Source: Vicugna vicugna
Lineage: Eukaryota
Direction of reading: 5' to 3'
Length of the DNA: 43,752 nucleotides
NCBI GenBank assembly: GCA_013265495.1
Contig: MU058582.1
Span: 124,001-167,752 of the forward strand
In this document: piece by piece, positions 24,801-36,800 of the stretch
How the letters are laid out: the number at the start of each line of letters is the position of its first letter
Numbering within the stretch: position 1 is the stretch's first letter
Made by a program: the position numbers and the translations under genes
The notes under the pieces: generated by a model
Database searches by the model: none
The model's input: the letters and a program-made list of their open reading frames with translations, nothing else
What the model was told of the DNA's origin: nothing

Positions 24801-27800
24801 GATGGGTTAACAACAAGTAAGTGGCTGTCGCAGAAGACACAGTGGCTTGGAAATGGATCCATCAACAACATGCAGACTGAAGCACACAGGGAAGAAGGGA
24901 CACACAGACACAGAAGAATAACACACGTGTGACTGGAACATTGGAATTATGCACGTGTAATTGGAGAAGCGATTCTGCAAAGAAAATGGCCTAGAATTGT
25001 TATCTGGACAATTATCCAGAGATGAAGAAATCCCACAAATGGGAGACAGGAAAAACACAAAGGTGAGCACGCCCAGACCTCATGGTAGCAATACTACTGA
25101 GGACTGAAGATCAAGCAGACCTTTACAGCAGCCAGAGGGAAATAACCGCATTTCCTTCAAAAGAGCAACACGGAGACTGACAGCAGAATTTTCAACAGAA
25201 TCTAAAATCCAGAAAACAGTGGAATGACATCTTCAAGTGCTTGAAAAAACTGCCCACCTGGAATTCAGTGCCCATTAAAAAGCCTCCTAAGTGAAGGTGA
25301 AACAAATGTCTGTTCAGATAAATGGAAGTTGAGAGAACTTGCTACAGTAGAATTTCACTTTCGTTACATTTCAATTCTGTTACATTAGAATTTCATAAGA
25401 AATACTAAAGGATGTTCTTCAGGCTGCAGGAAAATAACCCGGATCGAAGAACTGACCTTCAGAGAACGACAAAGAGCACCAGAAAGGTAAGCATGTGGGA
25501 AATAGGAATCAGGGAGCGTTGATATCAATGAGAGAAAAGTCCGTGGGATTTACAACACGTGGAGGGAAAACCTACGGCAGTGTCCCGGGAGACGGGAGTC
25601 AAGTGTGGTCAGTTACAGTTACCATGCTTACCTTCCCCCTCCCAGAACTTACCTTGAGACTGACAGTTTGTACCCTTTGACCAACTTCACCCCTCTCCCC
25701 TACCCTTACTCCCCACCTCAGATGGCCACCGGTCTGCTCTCTGTTTCCATGAATTCGGGCTTTTTTTAGATTCTACAATAAGTGAGACCAGATTTGTCTT
25801 TCTCTGTCTGACTTATTTCACTTAGTATAATGCCCTAAAGGTTCGTCCATGTTGTCACAAATAGGAGGATTTCCTTCTTTTTGTGGCTGAGTAATATTCC
25901 ATTGAGTATGTATACCACATCTTGTTTATGCATTCATCTGTTAATAAACACTTAGGTTGTTTCTGTGTCTTGGCTACTGTGAATAATGCCTCTGTGAGCA
26001 TGGGGGTACAGAGATTTCTTGATGAGAGTTGCATTGACTCTATAGATGGCTTTGAGTAGTGTGAACATTTTAACAGTATTAATTCATCTAATTCATGAAC
26101 ACAAGATATCTTTCTGTTTATTTGTGTCTTCTTCAATTTATTATATCAATGTCTTATAGGCAGTGTAGAGATCTTTTATCTCCTTGGTTAAATTTATTCC
26201 TAAGTGTTTTATTGATTTTGATGCTCTTGTAACTGGGATTATTTCATTTATTTTTCAGATAATTCATTGTTAGTACATAGAAACAGTACTGATTTTTGTG
26301 TTAGTTTTGTATCCTGAAACTTGTCTCTTTAAGATTGAGGAAGGCTAAAAAAAAAAATGGGAAAATACATACCATGAAAAGATGAAGAAAATTTTAACAA
26401 AATAGTAGCAAATCAGGTCCAACAACGAATAAAAAGAATAATACACCGTGACCATCTGGAGTGTATTTCAGGAATGCAAGAATAGTTCTTTATTCAAAAA
26501 TCAGTCAGTGTTCTTGACCACACTAACTGAAAGCAGGAGCAAATGATATAGTATTCACAGCAGATAAAAACCCTGTAAACTTTTCAGTACCTATTTTTTT
26601 ATCTTTGCAAATTAGAGAATTTAAAGGAACTTCTTTACTCTGACTTTTAAACACATATTAAAAACCTATAACATTTATCATGCTTAATGTTTATACGTGA
26701 AAATCTTTTCCCTTGAGACTGAGAATTAGACACACACGTCCACTCTAGCCGCTTTCCTCCACACTGTACTGGGAGTACTGCTCTGTAAAAACGTGAGAAC
26801 AGGACACAAATGACATAAGAAACGCATCATCATAAAAGACGTTATAGACAAACTGTTAAAATTTCAGTGTTGGTTTAGTTTAACAAGACTGATACAAGGT
26901 CAAATACCAGAATTAATCATACTTTATGCATTACACATTACACACATTACCATTTAGAGTATCATTAAACCATATCAGATACCTGGGAATAAATCTCACA
27001 AAAGATTTGAGAAAATTGCTGGAAATTGCAAAGCATTATCAAGAGAAGTGAAGGAGACCTAGTGTAACAGGAATATACCACACTGGTGAATTAGGAGATT
27101 CGGTGTTGACAAGATGCTTCTTCTCTCCATATTCAGAGTGATCCCAATCAAAATGCAGGAACTTTTTTGTGTGCATGTAAAAATTGACAAACCAGTTCTA
27201 AAATTAATACAGAAATGCAAAGAGCAAAGAATATCCAAGGCAATTCTTAAAGCTGAACAAAGCTGGAGGATTTAAGCTAGCAGAGATCAGTATCTACTGT
27301 GAAGCAATTCTAATTAGACAGTGTGGTTTTAGTGCAAATGTAGTCAAATCAGTGGAACAAAATACAGAATACAGGAAAAGGTGAACAGGTGAACAGTCAC
27401 CTGATTCATGACAGAGATTATAGCACAGTGGAGAAAATGATGGGGGGAAGGATTTTCAGTAAGTGGTACTAGGTAATTTGGCTATTCATTATAAAAATAA
27501 TATTGACTATACACAAAATTCCATTTCAGAAGGACTGTGTATCTGAATGTGAAAGGTGAAACAGTAAAGTTTTTATAAGAAAAAGTGGTTGGCATACACT
27601 GGATTACCAAATACATATCATCTGCATGAACAGTAGCTTTCTTAGCATGTCTTAAAGAAATTTTTGCATCATCAAGAATTGTGTTCAAGTGGGGAGGATA
27701 TATAGCTCAGTGGTAGAGTGCCTGCTTAGCATGCATGAGGTCCTGAGTTCAATTCCCAGTATCTTCATTAAAAATTAATAAATAAACCTAATTACCTTCC

Positions 27801-30800
27801 TACAAAAAAGAATAAAATGTTTTTAAATTTTAAAAAATTGTGTTCACGTATATCAGAAAGCAGATTCCAACATCTGATTTATAACTTTTGGCTCATATTC
27901 TGTGATCCCCATATCCTGCAGGATCTGTGCCATCACCGGTGCATGTTTTGGCGTGCTCTTGGAAGAAGCCATCTGGCCAGACTCCCTGATGCCTGATGAT
28001 CACACTCCTTGAGCCAAGTCACCCAATTAATGTGTTTCACCTAGCGTGGGGGACCAGTGAGCGCCAGCCCTGGCATACCAGTGAGCAGAATGTTCAGAAG
28101 CATCCTCGCTGCAGTGGCTTCAAGCACCTCCCATACATTTACCTTATTATCTTTCCAGTGTCTGTAGAATCTCTAGTAATGCTAATATGTAGGGAGGTTT
28201 CTTTTTCTCTTGAGCAAACCTACCTAGAGGATTATCCATTTTAATAAATCTTTCCAAAGGACCAACTTTTGGATTTGTTGATGCCTCTGTTTTTTGTGTT
28301 TTTTCCCCATTGATTTCTATTTTTGTTTCCTTTTGTCTATTTACTTTGGATTTACCCTGGTTTTCTTTTTCTTTTTCTTTTTTTAATTTTAGCTTCTTAA
28401 AGTGGAAATTCATATTGTTGGTTTAAAACCTTTCTGATGTTTTATGATCACCACTTAAAACTACAAATTTCCCCCTGCTTTAGCTGCATCCTGCAAATTT
28501 TGATAAGTTCTGTCTTCATTTTCAGTCAGTTCAAAGTATTTCTTAATTTCCTCGTGATTTTTTTCTTTGTTCATGGATTATTTAAAAGTGTGCTTTTCAA
28601 TTTCGAAGTATTTGGTACTTTCTTAATTTTTTTATTATTATTGATTTTTAATTTACTACCACTGTGATCCAAAGATACACACTATGACACTTTCATCTTT
28701 TGAAATTTTTTGATATTTTTATATTCTTTCTTAATTTTTGTCTAATAGAAGCTTCAGTTGTGGTTATGTAGTTTTCTGTTTCTGTCTTATGGTTCTTTCA
28801 GGGTTTTTTGCTTCATATATAGTCAAGTTCTGGTATTAGGTACATTTATGCTGGTTACGGTTTCCTGAGGAATTAACTTTTTCATCATTATGAAATGGCC
28901 CTTTTTATCTCTGATTATACTTCTTGTCTTGAGGTTTGCTTCATTACCAATACAGGCCATACCAGCTTTCCTATGCTTAGTGTTTATAACATCTTTTACT
29001 TTCAGACTATAAATATGTTTAAAGTGAGTCCCTTGTAGAGCACATACAGTTGGATTTTGATTTTTTAATCTAATCTGACAATCTCTGCCTTTATAATTTG
29101 AGTGCTAAGTTCACTTTCACTTAGTGTAATAATTAACAAGGCTGGAAATAGTTTCTATATTTTATTTTAATTTCTTCTGGTTGTTTCAGGCATTATACTA
29201 GGCATTATTAACCTATCTTAGTCTACTTACAGTTAATACTGTATCATTTTATGTAGAATGTGAGCTCCTTGCAAGAGTATATGCCATTTTCCCCTTTCAT
29301 CCTTCCTGTTATGTTTCTCATATTTTTACATCTACATCCATTATAAATCCCACAGTACAGATGAGAGTGATACAATTTTTTGCTTTAAGCAGCCAATTGC
29401 CTTTTAGAGAAATGAAAATGAGACAGTGTAGGTAGCATCTTATGTTTTACTTTCTTGGTGCTCGTCATCCCTTCTTTCAGGTTTGAGTTTCCATCTGTGT
29501 CATTTCCCTTCACCCTAAAGAACTTCAGTTTGTCTTGTGATGCAGGTCTGTCAGTAAAAGATTCTCTCAGTTTTTGTTTATTGGAAAATATTTTTTTTTC
29601 ATCTTTATTTTTGAAGAATTTTTTTGCTGGATACAGAATTCTGGGTTGAAAGGGTTTGTTTTTTGGTTTTTTTTACCACTTTTAAGTACAGTCTTCCATT
29701 CTCTTCTGTCCTCTTGTTTCTGATGAGAAATCATCAATAATTCATAGTACTGCTCTCTGTGTGTAATGTACCTTTTTTCCTGGTCTTCAAGATTTTCCAT
29801 TCATTTTTGGTTTTCAACAGTTTTATTATGATTTGCTTAAGGGTGTGTTTGTGTGTGTGTGTTTATCCTGATTGGGCTTTGCTGAACTTCTAAATCTGTA
29901 AATTACTGGTTTTCACCAAATTTGGAAAATTGTTGACCATTATTTCTCTGCGTATTTGTCTGTTCCATCCCCCGTATTTTTTGTGACTCTACTTACACAC
30001 ATACTGGCTCTTTTGATATTGTCCCACAGATCGCTGGGGTTCTGTTTACTTAAAAAAATTTTTTCTCTGTGTTCTTCCATTTAGATTTCTATCACTCTTC
30101 CTTTAGGTTTATTGGCTCTTTTTCCTTTTCCAATCTACTCTTAAGGCCAACCAGTGAATCTTTCATTTCATTTATTGAAATTTCAGTTCTGGAATTTCTA
30201 TTTGGTTCCTTTTCAAATTTTTTTTTGAATGTCCAGTTTTCTATTGATTTCCTGTCTTTTCCCTCATAAGTATCATTTTCTTTAAATCCTTTAAGATAAC
30301 TGTAGTCACTGCTTTGAAGTCTTTGAGCCCTTGGTGTCAGTTTCTATTGATTGCTTTCTCTCTTGACCATGGGTTGCATTTCTTATCTCTTCACATGTCT
30401 TGAAAATTTTGTTATATACTCAACATTGTAGGTCATACTTTATAGAAATTCTCGATCACATTCCTCTGAAGAATATTGGTTTTTGTTTTAGCATGCAGGT
30501 AAATTACTAGCTGATCCCCTTAAACTTGCGGAGGCCTGGTTTCTTATACTTTGTTAGGGTGTCTCTGTTTCAGTTTTGGTCTAGTTTTATAGCAAATTCT
30601 TAGTCCTGGGATACAGCCTGTGCTTCTAAGGCATGGCCCTTGGGGGGTTTCAGTGAGACGCCTGAAGTGGTACCTGGGCCCTCTAACTTGATGAGATTCA
30701 GACTCCAGTTTCTGTCTCCCCTGCTATAGGCAGCCAAGGAAATCTTTGCTCAGCTTTTTCTGCCTTCCAGCAGTTGCTAGTTGGTGGACTATTTGGAAAT

Positions 30801-33800
30801 TTTTCTCCATGTGCACAGCCAAGGGCTTAAGGGGAGTTTATACAAATCTTTAAAATCAGATACTGTAATCATATGAAGTTTTTAGAAATGTATTACCCCT
30901 CAAGAAATGAATACTTTCTATGTATTATATATTTTCAGCATGACCACCTCAAACACACCGTCCAGCTGTGGTGAGAATCTACCCATGATCCAGTAACAGG
31001 CAAATGGACACTCAGTTTTATTTGTCCAGCAGTTGAAGGGTTTTGCCTGCGGCCCTATGGTCAGTTCTGTTAGTGTTTAGGGGAATGGTATTTCCTCTGC
31101 CACACTGATAAGTGGGCCCCGAATCTAACCTAAGGAACAATTAAAACTAGCTAATAACAAAAATAAACAAATGGGACCTAATTAAACTTATAAGCTTTTG
31201 CACAGCAAAGGAAACCATAAGTAAAACAAAATGACAACCTTTGGAATGGGAGAAAATATTTGCAAATGATTCAGCTGACAAGGACTTCATTTCCGAATAT
31301 ACAAATAGCTCATACAACTTAATAACAAAAAGCAAACAACCCAATCCGAAAATGGGCAGAAGACCTAAAGAAGCAGTTCTCCAAAGAAGGCATACCAATG
31401 GCCAATAGACATGAAAAAAATGCTCAATATTGCTAATTATAAGAGAAATGCAAATCAAAACTACAATGAGGTATCACCTCACATCAGTCAGAATGGCCAT
31501 CTGTAAAAAGTCCACAAACAATTGCTGGAGAGGGTGTGGAGAAAAGGGAACCCTCCTACACTGTTGATGGTATGCAGTTTGGTGCAGCCGTTGTGGAAAA
31601 CAGTATGGAGAGTCCTCCAAAAACTAAAAAATAGACTTACCATATGATCCAGTAATCCAACTCCTGGGCATATATTCAGAGGGAACTCTTAATTTGAGAA
31701 AATACATGTGCCCCAATGTTCACAGCAGCACTATTTACAGTAGCCAAGATGTGGAAACAACCTAAGTGTCCATGGACAGATGACTAGATAAAGAAGTTGT
31801 GGTGTATTTGTACAATGGAATACTAATCAGCCTTAAAAAAGGAAAAATAAAATAATGCCATTCATATGTGGAATCTGAAAAAAGAAGACACTAATGAAGT
31901 CATCTACAAAACAGAAACAGACTCACAGACATAGTAAACAATCTTGTGGTTGGTTACCGGGGGGAAAGGGGTGGGTAGGGATAAATTGGGAGTTCAAGAT
32001 TTGCAAATATTAACTAGTATATATAAAATAAGCAACAGGTTTCTTCCATATAGCACAGGGAACTATATTCAATACCTTGTAGTAACCTGTAATGAAAATA
32101 AATATGAAAACGAATATATGTGTGCTTATGTGTGACTGAAACATAATGCTGTACACCAGAAACTGACACGTTGTAAACTGACTATGCTTCAGTTTTTAAA
32201 AAAAGTCTGGCTAATAGTTTATGGCTTGTAGATACTTTATTAGAAAGAAAAAAACTCTTCAAATTACCACTGACTTTTGATTTAACTTACAGGTTTTTTG
32301 TTATAGTCTTACTCGCTGTCTCCATTGCCTGGGTGCCTGCTATACAGGTGGCTAACAAGGAGCAACTGTTTGAATACATGCAGGCAGTTCTGAGCTACCT
32401 GACGCCGCCCATTGCTGCTGTCTTCCTGCTCGCCATGTTTTGCAAGAGAGTCACTGAGCAGGTAGGTGGGAGTTCGTGTGACCACACCTCATTCAGCCTC
32501 CGGGTACAGCTCCAGCACAAAGGTGAAGTCCTCATTCTTAAAGATGGGCCTGTCTGGTTGCAGGAGACAGATGATACCCAGTGAACAGATAAAGACTTCT
32601 GAGATTGGTGTGGTGCTGTTTAAAAGTAAAAAAGGATTGTGGAGATTGGCAGGGCAGGTGCTGGGAGCAGGGGGACACAGTGACATCAGCCAAGATGGTA
32701 GGAGAAGATTTCTCCTAAGAAAGTGACCTTGAACCTGAATCCTGAAGGATGTGATCTAGGAGAGATCCAGGCAGAGAGAAGGGCGAGTGCAAAGGCCCGG
32801 CGGGCAGCACAGTGGGCAGGACCCACACACAAAAGAAGGCACAGGAAGTGGCTGGAGTGGACCGCCCAGGGGAGAGGGCAGAGCCAGGTGAGGTCAGCTA
32901 GGGCAGGTGAGACTTGCTTCTGAGGGCAGGCTGTCAGGGCTTCAGCAGAAGCAGGGCTCCCTAGTCCATGTTTCGGGGGACAGCTGGAGAGCGGTGGAGG
33001 GCCCACCTGTGTGAGAGCAGATGGTGGTTCCGGATCGGGGTCAGGACATGGAGATGATCGTAGGATCTGCTGACGGGTCGGTGGTGGGGCAAGATGGGAG
33101 GAAAGGGGCTGGGGATGACTCATGGGGTTTCGGCCTGTGCAGCCAGGCAGGTGGAGGGGCCAGTCACAGCAGCAGGGAAGACTGAGGCCTCTTTGGACAC
33201 ATCACCTTTGAGATGCCTATTCATCATCTAACTTACAGGGCCTCCAAGTGTTTCCCAAGCTCTCTGACTGACCTGGGAGAGCATGCAGGCATCTCAGGTC
33301 CTCGCTCAGCCCGAGGAGGAGTCCTCTCCTCACGGTGCTAACACTCTGCTTCTGCCCTTATGACAAGGTCAGTTGTAGAGCTGGACTGGTCGGGAGGCCA
33401 GGCTGCAGGTGGCCTGTCTCATCCCCCATCTTCCTCCCAGGTGACTCTGGGGGCTCCTCCTTTGGCAGGGTGCCTTCTGGGGGCTGACAAGTGGACTTTT
33501 GATTGGCTTCTGTCGAATGGTGTCTGAGTTTTCCTATGGGACCTGGAGCTGCTTGGCAAATGACAAGTGCCCTCTGATCATCTGCAGCATGCACTACCTC
33601 TATTTTGCCATAATCCTCTTCACCATCAGCCTCTTCACTGTCCTGGGGATCTCCTTACTCACAGACCGGATTCCAGATAAACACGTAAGTGCTGCCTTAA
33701 GGATGCTCCGGGGTCAGCCCACAGTCCCTGCTTCCCCATGAGCGTTGTGGAGAAGTGGCCGAATTCTTCCCGCCTTCTCCTCGAAAGTGGGAGGGCTGGG

Positions 33801-36800
33801 GGTTGGAGATGATGAATGGGTCAAAAATAGGCAAATAACACAGAAAGGGCCTTGCCTTAACAACAAAACGGAACAAAAAAGCTTTTCACCATCCTCAATT
33901 AAGTGTTCACTGAGAATGAGAAGTTCGGCTTTTAAAATGCAAATTTTCTTTGAAGTGTTAGGTTTGCTAACCTGAGTATGAATTAATGTAATCAAGGCCC
34001 ACCTGGAGGGGATTAAGCCAGCAGGAAGGGGACAGTGATGCTGGCTGCACTGTGACCTGTGGCCGCACACACGCCTCATTCTCCTAGCACAGCCACTTCC
34101 GACCTCTGGGGAGGCAGGTGCCAGTCTCCCCAGTTGTAACATTAGAAAGTCAAGTCGGTTGTCCACGACACCAGAGCTGTAAGTGGCAAGGCTGGGCCCC
34201 GACTAGGCTCCACCTTGTCACCTACTTGGGCATGGCCGATACGTTTAGTAGGACAGGGACCTAGCTGAGCCCAAAAGCAGCAGGGAGGGTCCTGGATGTC
34301 CAGGTTGAGGGAGAGGGGAGCTCAGAGGGTAGGTGGGTCTATAAGACCTGTGTGCCCTGGGGTCTGGGTGAAAGCTGGAAACGTGGAAGACAGCCTCAGG
34401 GGCCTTCAGCTCAGCCTGGGCCTCCCTCTGGCCACCTCTCTGCTCAGTAGTTCCCATGTGATTTGTTCCTCTCTTGCACACAGAGCCTCATTAGAGAGGG
34501 ATGGGGCAAATGGGGAGGACAGTCAGGAGTGTCCGGGATGCACTCACCCGCCACGTGTCCCGGACTCTGCTCCCAGCACCTGAGAAGCTGGGGCGGGGTA
34601 GGGGGCCTGAGTTCTGCGGCTCGGCGGCTCAGCGGCTCAGGTGGTCAGCTTGTCTGACTTCTTTTCTGCTGCTCTTACTCTCACCTTTTTGGTCTTGCCC
34701 GCTTCTCAGGCAGCCTCCTGCTTGAGTGTTTCCTACCTGTCTGTGTGCGGGTGCTCTGGAGGGGAGGGGAGGTGGGAGAAGTGGGAGACCAAGCTTGCGG
34801 GTCACCACACTGCTGTGTGGGGAGGGAGGACCGCGCGGAGCCCAGGTCCTTCTGCCCGGTGGTCTGGCCTGCAGGGCTGACCGGGAGGCTGGGGAGGCAA
34901 ATGTGACCTCACAGCATTGTCAGGAAGCAGCTCAGGGCTAAACCTGGTCTCTGTCTTGAATACAACGGAATTTTCACCACTGCCATTTCAGTCTGAGAGG
35001 TGGGGCTTCGAGGGGCTGGCTGGGGAGGGGCCAGCCCCACTCATTCACATCCCACCACGTTTTGGGAGATTGAGGGAGTGCTGAGATTCACATATACCAA
35101 GTCTAGCATAATAGACTAAAATCTATTTCAGGACAGACTTGGTGGCAATGTTCATTTAGTTATGCTTCTACTGACCCCAACCCTTAAAAAAAAAGGCAAC
35201 AATTGGCTGGATTTTGTTCCTGCCCAAAGTTTCCATATGTGTTTTTAGGAAGAGAACAAAATAACAGACCAGAAGGGAAAGGCATCTGCAAAAGCCTTGT
35301 TGAGCGTGAGTGATGGGCCAGGGCCAGGTGAACCCGGTACCCCAGGTGAACCAGGTGAAGCCTCTTCTGGGCTGTGTGAGGGCTCATCTCTGACAGCCAG
35401 GAGGGGCTTCCAGAAGGAATGCAGTTCCTGGGTTGGCCCTGACGGGCTCGTCCACCGGAAGCAGCAGGCCAGGCATGATGGGTGGCTTCTCCCACCCTGA
35501 AGGGCACAGAACTGGAAGGAGCCCTGAGCGCATTGCCCCCACCACCACCCCTCACTGTCCAGCCCAGGACACAAGGCCCAGGACACGGAGGCCACCCTTT
35601 GCAAGGCCACACACCACAGGGTACCAGAGCCAGAACTAAAATCCAGGGTTCCCAGCGCCAGGCTTTCCCCACCCGCATTCCCTCCATCTCTTGTTGCAGT
35701 CTAACAGCCACATCTTTTTTCAGTCCTTGGAGACCCCAGCACTCAGCTGCCAGCTGTGGCACTGTAAGGCCTGCGTGACAAAGCCCCAGGTGGTGACATG
35801 CCCCTTCTCTCCCCCTAGCTCCACCGCCTCTGTTGGAGTTTGCGGAACAGCCAAGAAGAAAGGGTAGATCTGGATGAAGAAATACGATGGAAGAGGCCCA
35901 CACTGCAGGCCCAGCCAGGTGAGAAGGGAGATCTAAAGCCTGCGGCAGGTCCTGTGCTGCCACCCAAGCACCCCCACCCTGCTGGCTCCACTGCCAGGGG
36001 AGACCCCCTCTCCTTTTCCCAGAGGAGCCTTGGGGGTGTTTGTGTGGGTTGAGATGCCTCTCAGACATTCATGTGGCTGTCTGGGCTGGAGAGATACACC
36101 TGAGAGGGTCAGCCCTGGGAGCAGGTGCCAGGGCAGGAGGAAAGGGTCTGGTGTAAAGTGAGGGGCAGAGAAACACAAGTGTCTGGTGATCTAGAAGCAT
36201 TTCGGGCGGGGTGGAGGGGTCCATGGAGGCATCTGCTGACCAGCCGTGGGATTTAGCTACACAGAGATCACATTGTGCCTCAGCAGGAGCGACCCAGTAG
36301 AGAGGAGGAAGCACTGGGAACCGGGGAAGGGATGGCAGGTCCTGGAGTCTCGCACAGGGTTTCAGACCCAGAGGGTTTCTGGGAAGTGGGCAGGAGATGG
36401 TCCTCAAAGAGGAGGGGAAGCAGCCCCACTGCAGAGGGCACCAGGGGAACCAGGTGAGGGACAGCTGGATCTCAGTCTGAGAGTGTTCCAGGACAGGCTC
36501 GGGCCTGGGAGCTCTGGAGGGCCCAAAAGGAATCTTTCGGCAGACGGGGTCAGAGAAGGGGCGTAGGGGCCACAGGAGGGTGACCTGCGCCTCTCGAGGC
36601 CCTGACGCAACAGGGATAAGGGCCTAACAAGATTAGTGCTGAGTCTGGGGCAGAGAGGTGGGGAGGCTGTGAGTTTGGAGGAGGGAGGGAGGGAACGGCC
36701 TGCCTGGGAGGAGGCGGCATTCTGGGGCTCCCTCTCCACTCCTGCTGGGGACGTTCAGAGCCCAGAGGGGCTGGAGACCCTCTCCTGACACCTGCAGGGC

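Noticed and set aside
25855..26136. 93-aa minus-strand ORF
   Set aside because: Two non-adjacent L1 ORF2 segments joined by an internal deletion
35315..35362. Collagen-like [16 protein letters not shown] from ccaggtgaa repeats
   Set aside because: Three short 9-bp repeats only, with no supporting gene context
35184..36068. Longest ORF in the track (294 aa, minus strand)
   Set aside because: No recognisable domain; GC-rich antisense of intron 13/exon 14, typical of a chance ORF
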